Assembly: GCF_009834535.1 (NCBI RefSeq)
Contig: NC_045698.1
Location: 2,792,001 to 2,856,000, forward strand
Source: Camelus ferus
Taxonomy: Eukaryota
Length of the DNA: 64,000 nt
Reading direction: 5' to 3'
The notes beneath the pieces are model-generated. The model saw nothing but the letters and a program-made list of their open reading frames with translations. It was not told the DNA's origin and ran no database searches. The number at the start of each line of letters is the position of its first letter. The stretch's first letter is position 1. The translations under genes were made by a program, and so were the position numbers. Below are positions 38,860 through 49,710 of this stretch, piece by piece.

Positions 38860-39200
38860 GCATGCGGTGGGTTCCATCTCAGCCTCCTCTACGTGAACAC
38901 AAGGCTGCCCACACCCAGTGTGCGGCTCTGCTGGAGGAGACTGACTTCCCATCGATTCTTGCTTGGAGACTCTGAGAGGAGACTCCAGTGTCCAGGTGTG
39001 GCTTCGAGGATTGTAACGGGTGCAGCTCAGGTCAGGCGTTCATGTCTGGCCCACTTTCTGTGGCTGTGCGAGGAGTGGGGCTGCAGGTCCTGGAGACCCC
39101 AGCCTAGCCATGCGGAGGAGAGGAGGGGTTCCCAGGAGATAGCATCTTGGATCACCTAGAGAGGGTCGTTGTCTTCTGAGTGGTCACTGAAGAAAGCTTA
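38860..39200. mobile_element. Probable old MLT1J/K-type LTR fossil
   Basis: cagctcaggtcaggcgttcatgtctggcccactttctgtggc... resembles the MLT1J/K block ggtcacgtgcccacccctgaaccaatcactgtggcc. Highly diverged. Confidence 0.4.
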
Positions 39201-39484
39201 AGTGCTACTGCGTCACAAAGTCACCAACTAACATTAGGTGACTAGGTTCTTCAAAAGTCTACAATCCTCCATCACTGGTAAGGGCACCCAAAATCTGTGT
39301 AAGCCTGAAATTATTTAATTCCTTATCTGATTAGGCTATAGGATGTTTAAAAGGAATTGGAATAAAATGACCAAAGGTTATGAAATATTTATAGGCCCAC
39401 AACATCTTTTCTTTTCTTTTTCCTGTAACGCCCTTTACTTGACTATGTAAATGACACATTACAGGTAATAAACCCATCTACTTC

Positions 39485-39768
39485 TTTTCTAATTGAGATA
39501 CAGTTGATTTATCATGTTGTGTTAATTTCTGGTGTACAGCATAGTGATTCAGTCATACATATATATATTCCTTTTCCTATTCTTTTTAATTATAGGTTAT
39601 TACAAGCTGTTGAATATAGTTCCCTGTGCTATGCAGTAGGACCTTGTTGTTTATCTATTCTGTATACAGTACTTTGATTCTGCAAATCCAAACTCTCAAT
39701 TTATCTCTCCTCTCCTTTCCCCTTTGAAACCGTAAGCACATTTTCTATGTCTCTGAGTCTCTTTCTTA
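39485..39768 (-). mobile_element. L1 3'UTR fragment
   Basis: taattgagatacagttgatttatcatgttgtgttaatttctggtgtacagcatagtgattcag...gtaggaccttgttgtttatctatt...ttctatgtctctgagtc. Possible degenerate TSD taaacccatctactt / taaatacacctacct. Confidence 0.92.
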
Positions 39769-39934
39769 AATACACCTACCTTTAATGTTCTTGGCCACAG
39801 TCAGAAGGAATATGAGTCTTCAAGAAGCTTCCATCCTGGGGAGCCACTGAATGTGATGGCAGTAAGGTAAAGGTAAGGGAGTTCCCACAGAGTCAGACAC
39901 TTGATCCAATCCACCTCCTTGAGCAGCACACCTT

Positions 39935-40060
39935 GGACCCATTTTGCAGGTGGAGGTACTGAGTCTCGGGAATATCTGGTTGGGCCACCTGGCAGACCAC
40001 CTTGCAAGGGGCCCAGTGCTCAGCTACTAGGCACCTAAATCCGAGGTTCCTTCCCCATCT
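39935..40060 (-). mobile_element. MIR core fragment
   Basis: cccattttgcaggtggaggtactgagtctcggga resembles the antisense MIR core cccattttacagatgaggaaactgaggctcagaga. Confidence 0.55.
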
Positions 40061-41524
40061 CACCCCAGGCTGGTTGTCTTTAGGCAGATTTCCATTTGTC
40101 TCTTCCTGCCGTAGTCCAAGCTTGCCCAGCATCCAGCACAAGCTCCCTGGCAGCCCTTGGGTGAGGAGGACCCATCCTGGAGGCCAGTACCACCGCAGCC
40201 TGGGCCCAGGGACCTCCCAGGTCAAGGTGGGGGTGGGGGGCTGAGGGTTATTCAGAGTCAGGGCCAAGCTCAGAAGGATGGAAGGCAGCAGCTCCAAACC
40301 GGGCCTCTGGATGTCTGGAGCCAGGGTGGGGCAGATCACCCAGAGACCGAAAGAAATGACACATTGCCTGATGGAGGGGAGGATGGCAGGTCAAAGACAG
40401 GGAGAGGAAAGTGTGGTGAAGGAAAGTCAAGGAGCACAGGAGGCAGGCCACTGCTGACGCCCTTTAAGGTCTAACACACACTGATCGATTGGTACCTCAT
40501 ATCTAGCTTTAGTATTTAAATATATGATTCTGTCTTGTACTATACCTGGTTGGATAACTTAAAAATCTGCTCCCTGAAAATCACAGGCCTGCATCACACA
40601 CATTTCATAACCAGTAAGTTAAAAGGCTTCACAAACGCTCTAGCCAGATTCACTCCTAAACGTCTGAAGGCACGTCCTATTTATTTTCAGAGCGTTGTTA
40701 CCTGAATCCCCAGATCCCAGTGAGTCGTTCTCCACAGAAGGCTGCTGTTCTCCTTGCAGCCAGAAAGGTGACTCCGCCCCCCAAGGCCTGGAGGTCAGAG
40801 GGAGGAAGGTCTGCAGGCACGGCTCTGCCTGGGGCGGGCCCCACACGCCAGCCCCCTTCCCACCCCAACCATGGGCCGGGCCAGCTTCACCCTGCCTTGC
40901 CAGGGTCAGACCCTGGCACCAGCATCCAAGAGTCTATTCTCTGCTGTTCCTACAAGCTCCCAAGGTGCCTACATTTATAGCACAAATCCCCCCAAATTAT
41001 GTTTTTCTTTCTTTATCACCTGCAGGGGCCTGAGATAGGAACCACCGGAGGCACAGTGTCCGGCAGGCTGTTTGGAGTTTTGCCTGCAACGGACAAACGA
41101 GTGGACAAGCAGCTCTCAGGCATGGAGCGGAACTGGGGCCATGGGCCAGCAAAGCGCAGGGTGGTAGGCACCGCCTCTGGCTCCCGGCCTCGCCCCGTGG
41201 GGCCCCGCCCGCCACTGCCGTCTGCACGTCTCCTCAAACAGAGCTGTCTCCGTGTCTTCCCCTTGGTTGAACACGCTGGCGATGCTCATTTTCATAGATT
41301 TTAATTGAATAAAGGATGGAATTTCCTTTGAAAAATTTCTCATTTTAAGAAAGCTAAGTAATGTGAAAAAAATGTTTTAAAGAAAAGTAAAATTAATTAA
41401 TCAGGAAAAAAGCCTACCATCCTGCAGCGGTGATTGTGACCTTCGATGGGCGTCCCTGGAAATGTCCTTCTGTATGTATACAGAGCTGGCAGGGTAAGTA
41501 TAAATATTTGATTTTGCGTGCTAT

Positions 41525-41765
41525 GATTTTAAACTTTTTATATCGAGATACTTGTAGGTTCACATGCAAAAAATTGCAAAAAATTATGTATCGACCTCAT
41601 GCACCCATTTCTCCCGGCGGAAACGTCTCACACGAGGACAGCACAGTATCATGGCCAGGAGACTGACGGCGACGCAGCGCTCCATCTGACTCAGATGGCG
41701 CCCTTTTCACATGAGTTCAACTTGTGTGCATGTGTATGTATTTTGCTCTATGCAATTTTATCTAA
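41525..41765 (-). mobile_element. Ancient L1MB/MC 3' terminus
   Basis: aactttttatatcgagatacttgtaggttcacatgc...cccatttctcccggcggaaacgtctcac...acagtatcatggccaggagactgac...tgtattttgctctatgcaattttatc. Confidence 0.75.
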
Positions 41766-42724
41766 GTTCTCAGGAAATACATTACAGAAATTGAGAAAGC
41801 CATTATTCCTCTGTTTTACAAAATGAAAATATCCATTTGTAACAACTCTTAAAAAATGGGTCTGATTTGTTTTAATAAGATATGGACTCATTTAATATGG
41901 ATTCTGTAAGATAATAGAAACAATATGACTGTTTAAACATGCTCAATGCCCTGATCGTTTGAAAAAAGACTTAATCTTAAAGATAAATAAAATAGAGATA
42001 CATAACTTAAATGTTGGTACAAGAGATAGAGGTGTTTATCCTAAATGTTTGTAAATCCATGCTACAGACACGCAGCTGAATAGAGCTATTGAAGAACATA
42101 AAAGTCAACACTCCATTATCGCATGTTGAAATCCCTGTACCAGCCAGCTTCTCAGCCACGTCCTCACAGTCTAATGAGCAGAGGAGTTCTCAGCACCTCC
42201 TCAACATCCGCCTGAGCTGCTGGAGAGGACAGGGCGGCTTTGCCTTGGACCTTTCCACCCTGAACCAACCTCACAGCTGCCCCTTCCCCGGGCATTGGGA
42301 CTTACAAGTAAGGGGCATCCTACCCTGACTCCCAGGAAGCAAGGAAGGGTCACGGCTGCTCCCGGGCACCCCCTGTGCCCCGTCCCCACCTGGACTCCAG
42401 TCACACTTCTCCCCAACCTCGTCTCAGTGAAAACTCCTTCTCAGAGGCCTTCATCGGGAATTCACTCCACTGCTCTCTGCCCCGGACACGTTTGCTTTGA
42501 ACTCAGAGCAGGGAGGGCTTGAGTCTCCTCTCCCTGTTGCAGGAGGAATTGATATTGACATCTTCATTAAGTTTGAAAACATCTAAACTCCACTCCTTAA
42601 GACTTCTGTCTTGTTGAATTTTTAGATTTTATTTATAAGTTTTTTTATAATTCAAAATGAACGTACCTCCACCAAATCCCTGTTCTTGCAAAGATTAGGA
42701 TAGGATTTAAAGGAAGTGTCTCTG

Positions 42725-43750
42725 GACGTAGGCAAAATGCTTGGACATAATTTACAGCAGTATTTTTTTTTGGATCTGTCTTCTAAGGCAAAAGAAACAA
42801 AAGCAAAAATAAACAAATGGGACCTACTTAAATTTAAAAGTTTTTGCACAGCATAAGAAACCATCTACTAAACAAAAAGACAACCTACTGAGTGGGAGAA
42901 AATATTTGTGAATGATATGCTGATGAGTGGTTGATATTGAAAATATAGGAACAGCTCATACTACTCAATATAAATAAAAACACAAACAATCTGATTAAAA
43001 AATGGGCAGAAGACCCGAATAAACATTTTTCAAAAGAAGACATACAAATGGCTAACAGACATGAAAAGGATGCTCAACACTACTAATTATTAGAGAAATG
43101 CAAACCAAAACCACAATGAGGTATCATCTCACACCTGTCAGAATGGCCATCATCGAAAAGTCTACAAATAACAAACGCTGGTGAGGATGTTGAGGACAGG
43201 GAACCCTCGTACACTGTTGGTAGGGGCGTAAATTGGTGCAGCTACTTTGGAAAACAGTATGGAGTTTCCTCAAAACACTGAAAAATGCACACACACACAC
43301 ACGCACACAGACAGGAATGTTACTCATTTCCACTTTCAGCCATGTGGCCGGACCTAGAGAATACAAGGCTTAGTGAAATAAGTCAGACAGAGAAAGACAA
43401 ACGCTGTATGTTGTCACTTCTATGTAGAATCTAAAAAAATAAGACAAATGCATATAGCAAAACAGAAACAGACTCATAGCTAGAGAAAACAAACTAGTGG
43501 TTACCAATGGGGAGAGGGAGGGGGAAGGAACAACCCAGGGGTGGGGCGTCAAGAGATACAAATTATTATGTACAAAGCAGGTGTGGAACAGGATGTGTTG
43601 TGCAGCACAGGGAGATGTAGCCTCATTTATAATAACTCCAAATGGAGTATAATCTATAAAATTATGAAACATCATGTTATACACCTGAAAATAATACAAT
43701 ATTATAAATCAACTATACTTCAATTTAAAAAGGAAAATGAATAAATAAAG
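42725..43750 (+). mobile_element. L1 ORF2 C-terminal region + 3'UTR + A tail (internally deleted)
   Basis: Translates to KAKETKAKINKWDLLKFKSFCTA*ET at about 42785. Also contains gaaatgcaaaccaaaaccacaatgaggtatcatctcacacctgtcagaatggcc and a 3'UTR ending aaatcaactatacttcaatttaaaaa. Confidence 0.95.
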
Positions 43751-43799
43751 GATGTGTTTCTGTTACATGCTTGAGCAGGTGCTTTGTTTTAACAAATCT

Positions 43800-44400
43800 T
43801 TACTTTAAACAGCCTTATTGAGAGGTAACTGACATACAGTAAACAGAATATATGTGAAGCCTCAATTCCAATAGATTTTGATATGTGTACACCCATGAAA
43901 CTGCAGTTAAGATAACGAACATACGATGTGTCAATCCCCAAATTTCCTTACATTGCTCTGTAATTCCATCTGCCCAGCTGCCTCCCAACCACTGACCTCT
44001 TTCTGCCACTGTAAATTAGTTTGCATTTTCAATTATTCTTTATAAATGGGTTCTGTGGTATAGACTCTGCTTTTCCTGGTTTCTTCCATGTATCATGGTT
44101 ATTTTGATATTCGTTCATGTTGTTGTGTGTACCAATACCTATTCATTTTTATTCTGTGTAATAGTCCACTGTATCACTATATCACAATCTGTCCATCATA
44201 TCCTGTTGATCTGAGTTGTTCCTGTTTTGTTCTATTACAAATGAAGCTAATTATGAAGTTCACGAGGCAAATGTTAAGTTTTCTAAAGGACGTATGCTTT
44301 CCTTTCTTTCGGTAAGTAAATGCCTAGGAATGAGATGACTTGCTCATATGGTAGGTGTTTAATGTTTTAAGAAATTTCCCAAGTTTTTGCACCATTTTAT
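43800..44400 (-). mobile_element. Ancient L1MB/MC 3' end
   Basis: aacagccttattgagaggtaactgacatacagtaaac...tgtgtacacccatgaaac...caaccactgacctctttctgccactgtaaattagtttgcattttc...gtaaatgcctaggaatgag. Confidence 0.85.
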
Positions 44401-45689
44401 GTTTCATTTTATATCTGGAGGCTTTAAACTTCAAATTCAATTTCTGTGACAGATACAGTGCTATTCAACTTACCAGTTTCCTCTCTGGTGAGCCTTGGAG
44501 GTTTGTATGTTTCAAGGAATTTGCCCACTTCACCTAAGGTGTCATATTCATTGGCATAATTTTTTAATAATATCCTCTCATTACATTTTTAAATCTGTGG
44601 AATCTGTAGAAATGTTACCACTCTTATACCCGGTATCAATAATATGTCGCTTCTCTATTTTTTTCTGAGTCTGGCTGGAAGTTTATCAGTTTTATTGACG
44701 CTCTCAAAACAAGCTTTGGCTTCATTAATTTTTACTGTTGGTGTTTTGTTTATTTTGTTTTCTATTTCATAAATTTCTGTATCCATCTTATTATCCTTAC
44801 TTTTGCTTACTTTGTGTTTAGTTTGTTCTTTTTCTGGTACCTTAAGGTAAAAACTCAAGTCATTGATTTGAGGTCTTGCCTCCATTCTACTATAATCATT
44901 GTTCTTATGAATACTGCTTTCCCAGTAATGATTTAGAGGCATCTCATAAATTTAATTCAACTTAAAATATTTCCTAATCCCACTTTTTATCTCTTCCTTG
45001 AAATCAAAGGGTTATTTAGAAGTGTATTATTTAGCTTCCAAAATTTGGAGATTTTCCAGAGATCAATCTGCTTTTGATTTTCAATATAATTCCTTTGTGG
45101 TTAGAACATACTTTGTTTCAATTTCTTTGACATGTTACAGCCCAGAATATGGCTTACACTGGGAGACAGTCTGTGCGCACTTGAAAATAATGTGTGTTCT
45201 GCTCCTGCTGGGTGTGACATTTAACAAGTGACAACTGGTCAAGTTAGTTGACGGTATTTTTCAAGTCTTCTTTGTCACTGATTTTCTGTTTACCTGTTCT
45301 ATTAATTATTTAGACACGGACACTGAAATCTCTGAAGATAATTGTGAATTCATTTTTCTTTGCAGTTTTATTACATTTTGCTTCATGCATTTTAAAGCTC
45401 TCTCCATAGGTACACAAATGCTTAACATTGTTAAGTCCTCCATTAACTGACCCCTTTTATCGTTATAAATTGATCTTTTTCTTATAGAAATTTCTGCCCT
45501 GAAATCTGCTTTGTTTAATATCATTCTAGTCTCTGTCTTTAATTAGTGCTGGCATGGCATTTCCTTTTTCATCGTTTCACCTTAAACGTTCTGTTTCCTT
45601 CCGGTTAAAGTGCACATCTTGAAGTCGCTGTGTAGAATCCTGCTTCTTGTGCAGTCTGACTATCTCTGACTTTGACGGAGGTGCTTTGG

Positions 45690-45840
45690 CAGAGGCGGGC
45701 TGGCCGTCTGTGTCTTAGGCTGTGGTACACACATTCTGTCTCAGCTCATCAGCTCCGCCACTGTGTTGTGAAAAGAGCCATCAACAACATGGAAGAGATC
45801 GCACGTGTCCGTGTTTCAATAAAACATTATTTACAAAGCA
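45690..45840 (+). mobile_element. MER58-type hAT-Charlie DNA transposon fragment inserted in L1
   Basis: ttaggctgtgg...tctgtctcagctcatcagctccgccactgtgttgtgaaaagagccatcaacaac...gtgtttcaataaaacattatttacaaa follows MER58A. Confidence 0.75.
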
Positions 45841-46660
45841 TTCAGACGATCTGAAATTCATTTGAATTCAGTGCGATTATTTGTGTGCTTGGGCTTGACT
45901 CTGTCATCTTGATTAAAACAATAACCCCGCCTGGTCATGTTCTCTTTTTCCCTCTTTTTCTGCCTTTTTTGGGTATTTTCTTTTAATGAATCAATGTCTC
46001 CTTGTTGTTGCTTTATTTGCTAGAGATGCTTGTTTTGCTGTTCCGGGGGACCACTTTGGGCTTCGTAGGACACAGCTGGACTCGTCACAGACTGCGTCCC
46101 GGGACGCACGCCGCCGCTGTTTTAAAGCGTAAGAACCTCACAAGGACGCCTGCGCTGCTCCTCTCCCATCTCTAGGGAACTCCTTGTCATGCCTCTTACT
46201 TGTGCATATTATAAACTACACAATAACTTTTTTATTATTGTCAAGGGGTTAAATAATAGAAAGTCATGTATTTATCCACAGAGTGACCATCTTTAATGCC
46301 TTCATTCTTTGAGCAGATCCATATCATTTTCCCTCCATCTGTGGTTCTCATTTTAATATTTTTTGTTGTTGTATATGTCGTTGGCGAGAATTTTGTTCAG
46401 CTTTCATATATCTACGGAAAAGTCATAATTTTGCTTTGCTTTTGAAAAATATGTTTGCTAGGTATAGAATTCTCGGTTGACAGCCGCTCCCCCCACCAAG
46501 CTGCCAGCACCTTAAAGGTGCTGCTTCCCCTTCTGAAAAGCTCTTGTCTGAATCCTTCATTGTTTGTCGTCATTGTTTTCCATCCTTATCCTTGTTCCTG
46601 GTACCCATCATTATTAGCTTTTCCTTTAGTTGCTTTTAAAATGTCCTTTTTATCACTTTT

Positions 46661-47510
46661 TGTAGGCAGCCTCTAAGTGGCCCTCAGTGAGTCCCAGATT
46701 CCGGCATCCATGCCCTGAGTGATCTCTTTCCCTTGAGTGTGGGACCTATTTCCTCATCCTAATGAATACAGCACGTCAGAAGCAACGGTGTATTTTCTTA
46801 GACTGTGTGAGCTGCTGCTATAATGAAATGTCACAAACTGAATGGCTCATAAACAGTAAGACTCTATTTCTCACAGTTATGGAGGCTGGAAGTCTGATGT
46901 CAGGGCCCATGCATGGTCCAGCGAGGGCTTTCTTCCAGGTCACAGACTTCTCATTGTGTCTTTACATGATGGAAGGGGCAGGGGGCTAGCAGGCTCTCTC
47001 AGGCTCCTTTGTATCAGGGCACCAATCCCATTCCTGTGGGCTCCACCCTTGTGACCTAGGCAGCTCTCAACAGCCCCACCTCCTACCAACATTCACATCG
47101 GGCGTTAGGATTTCAACATGTGAATTTTGGAGAGGGAGAAACAGCAGATATCATTTCTGAGACTAAATTACCAAAAAGCTGTAGCTTCTGTCTGTCTCTC
47201 TCTCACTCTGAAGGAAGCCAGCTGTGTGTTATGAGCTGTCCTATGGAGATGCCCAAGTGGCAAGTAAGTGATGCTTCCAGTCAGTTGCTACAGAGAACTA
47301 GAACCTACCAACAGCCACTGAATGAATGAGTTTGGGATCAAATTGTCTCCCAGTCCATCACTGAGGTTATTGCAGTCCTGATCAACAGCACAATTACAGT
47401 CTTGTTGGAGACTAAGCCAGAAGCAGCCAGGCAAATTTTGAGATGATAATAAATATTTAAAGTCACCAAGTATTGGGATGATTTGTTACACAGCATAGAT
47501 AACTAATACA
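46661..47510 (+). mobile_element. MLT1E/F-type solo LTR inserted in L1, itself interrupted
   Basis: Begins tgtaggcagcctctaagtggccctcagtga...cccttgagtgtggg, resumes at about 47148 with gatatcatttctgagactaaattac, and ends atttgttacacagcatagataactaataca. Confidence 0.85.
46789..47147 (-). mobile_element. MLT1A/B-type solo LTR nested in the MLT1E/F LTR
   Basis: gctgctataatgaaatgtcacaaactgaatggctcataaac...tatttctcacagttatggaggctggaagtc...ttaggatttcaacatgtgaattttgg is the reverse complement of the 29940 LTR type. Confidence 0.88.
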
Positions 47511-48305
47511 TAGAGGCTTTGAGCAATTTGATTAAGATGACACTTATTTCACTTTATTCATGTCTCTTATACTTGGGATTCATTATCCTTCTGTGGTTTA
47601 TATTTTTTATCATATTTTGAAAATGTATGGCCAGTATTCCTCAAGCATTTTTCCCCTGCCTTTCTCTTCTTTGATCTCTCCAATGATAACCTTATTGGTC
47701 TGTTTGAATTTGTCCTGTAGCTGGCCGATGTTTTGTTCATTTAAAACCCTTCTTCTTGTTTGTTTTTCTAGGTGTCTCACTTTAAATTGTTTCCACTCTG
47801 AGGTAACACTAGCATTTTTGTTTGCAGTGTCTAGGGTCCCGCTAATTACAGCCAGAATACTTGTCATCTGAGACATTGCAGTTTTTGCTTTTACATACTT
47901 AATTTCAGTATTTTCTTAAAATATTTTCTGTGCCTCTAGTTAACTTTTTATACACAGGGAATACCTTTATAATCATTGCTTTAACACTTTTGTCTGCCAA
48001 TCCAGCATCTGTGTCAGTTCTGGGTTAGTTTACACTAATTTTTCTCTGTCTTATGGATCATGTTTTTCTGTTCTTTGTATGCCTGATGAGTATTATTTAA
48101 ACACCAGGATTTATGAAATTTACCTCGTAGGATTTTGGATAATTTGGTACTCCTGTAAGTATTGTTGAGCTTTGTTCTGCTATGTAGATAAATTAGCTAG
48201 AAGTAGTTTATCACTTTGGGTCTTGCTTTTAAAATTTCCTTGGTGGGTCCAAGCTAACTGTTGTCTAGAGCTTATAATGCCTCATTGCTGAGGCAGGACA
48301 TTTCT

Positions 48306-48399
48306 TTTCTAAAAAGAGAAAAAAAAATTACTGGGAATGAACCCAGGACCTCCTGCATGCTAAGCACGTACTCTACCACTGAGCGATGTTCACCCCCCA
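48306..48399 (-). mobile_element. Vic-1-like SINE with 12-bp TSD
   Basis: ctgggaatgaacccaggacctcctgcatgctaagcacgtactctaccactgagc is the reverse complement of the 9519 SINE. TSD caggacatttct (48294-48305) and caggacacttct (48400-48411). Confidence 0.88.
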
Positions 48400-49299
48400 C
48401 AGGACACTTCTGCGTGCTCCCCACAACACCCCATGAATTGGGAGGTTTCCACTCTGGCTGGCAGAATCAGCACGGGCCCCAGATCATCATGGGGGCTGGG
48501 TTATGTTTTCTTTTCTCTTTTGGTCGTCCCTTCCCAGTCCTTGCTTCCCTCTGAGTACGGCTGGGTGCTCAGCCAAGTGCTCAAAGGAGACTGTGTGCAG
48601 GTCCCCAGGGTTATTTCCATGTGCAGCTCTCACCGCTCCACTACTCTGCCCCCGAACTCTGCCCATTTTGTTCTTCCTGGTCTCCTAGCTCTGTCTTTAC
48701 AGACAATATTTTTTAAAGGTTAAAATGCAGAATTTTATTCATATAGTACTCTTTCCTTAACACTGTACTTCAGTTAACTAAGGCAATTTTGTGGGGATTT
48801 ATTAAAGAGGAAAAGTGTCTTCTAGATTGAAAAGAGAGCATCCTTCTCATATGAGACTTTGGGATTACAGAGAACCCCTGCGTTGTGTAAATTCTCATGT
48901 TGCAGGGGGGGTGCCTTCTTATTTGACATCTTTTTTTTTCCAGCAACAAAATGGAACATCTGTAATTTTTTTCCTACCTTACAGAAAAGCTGAGGCTTTT
49001 GTTTGTTTTTGTTTAAAAGAACAAATTTTTAACAAACACTTGGCATCTGAAAGTCGTCTGTGATCTGGCCAAGTCACCTAGGGCTCCACATACATCCTGT
49101 TTTCATTTCATTTCATAAGAGGTGGCAGAAAGATGCTACTGAGACAGCTGTTGAAATTTGGTTCTTGGGTTCTAAGAGGTATGCAGATAGTTTAATTTTG
49201 TTGAAGGAATTATATACTTTTGGTTATTTGTCAAAAATATAGAAAATGTAAATATTCAATATATGGCCAATTTATATACACATACTTTAGCTACCATTC

Positions 49300-49381
49300 C
49301 TTTTTTTTTTTTTCTTAATTGAAGTATAGTCGGGTTACAAAGTTGGTGTACAGCTTAGTGATTCACAGCATAGTGATTCAG

Positions 49382-49423
<42 letters not shown>

Positions 49424-49710
49424 CTTTTCATATTCTTTTTCAGTATAGGCTATTACAAGGTATTGAATATAGTTCCCTGTGCTGTACAGCAGGACCTTGT
49501 TGTTTATTTATTTTATATATGGTAGTGTGTATCTGCTAATCCCAAACCCCTAATTTGTCTCCCCACCCTCCCCTTTCCCCTGCCCTGGTAACCATAAGTT
49601 TGTTCTCTATGTCTGAGAGTCTCTATTTTGTAAATCAGTTCATTTGTGTCATTTTTTTTTAGATTCCACATATAAGTGATATCATATGGTGTTTTTCTTC
49701 CTCTTTCTGG
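49300..49710 (-). mobile_element. L1 3' end with (TA)19
   Basis: Poly-T, then taattgaagtatagtc...gtaaccataagtttgttctctatgtctgagagtc...agattccacatataagtgatatcatatgg. Confidence 0.93.
49383..49420. repeat. (TA)19 microsatellite
   Basis: Perfect TA dinucleotide run of 38 bp. Confidence 0.95.

Larger units (their letters stand above)
44410..48700 (-). mobile_element. Ancient L1M 5' portion (ORF1 + ORF2 endonuclease region), fragmented by nested insertions
   Basis: ORF 44655-44942 (QINDLSFYLKVPEKEQTK...KINEAKACFESVNKTDKLPARL) and ORF 45306-45524 (ILNKADF...EDLTMLSICVP...MKQNVIKLQ) resemble L1 ORF2p. ORF 47610-47876 (NEQNIGQLQDKFKQTNKVIIG...) resembles L1 ORF1p. Confidence 0.88.

Noticed and set aside
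44655..47876. ORFs resembling L1 ORF1p/ORF2p as functional genes
   Set aside because: Short, frameshifted and interrupted by other elements; these are retrotransposon fossils.
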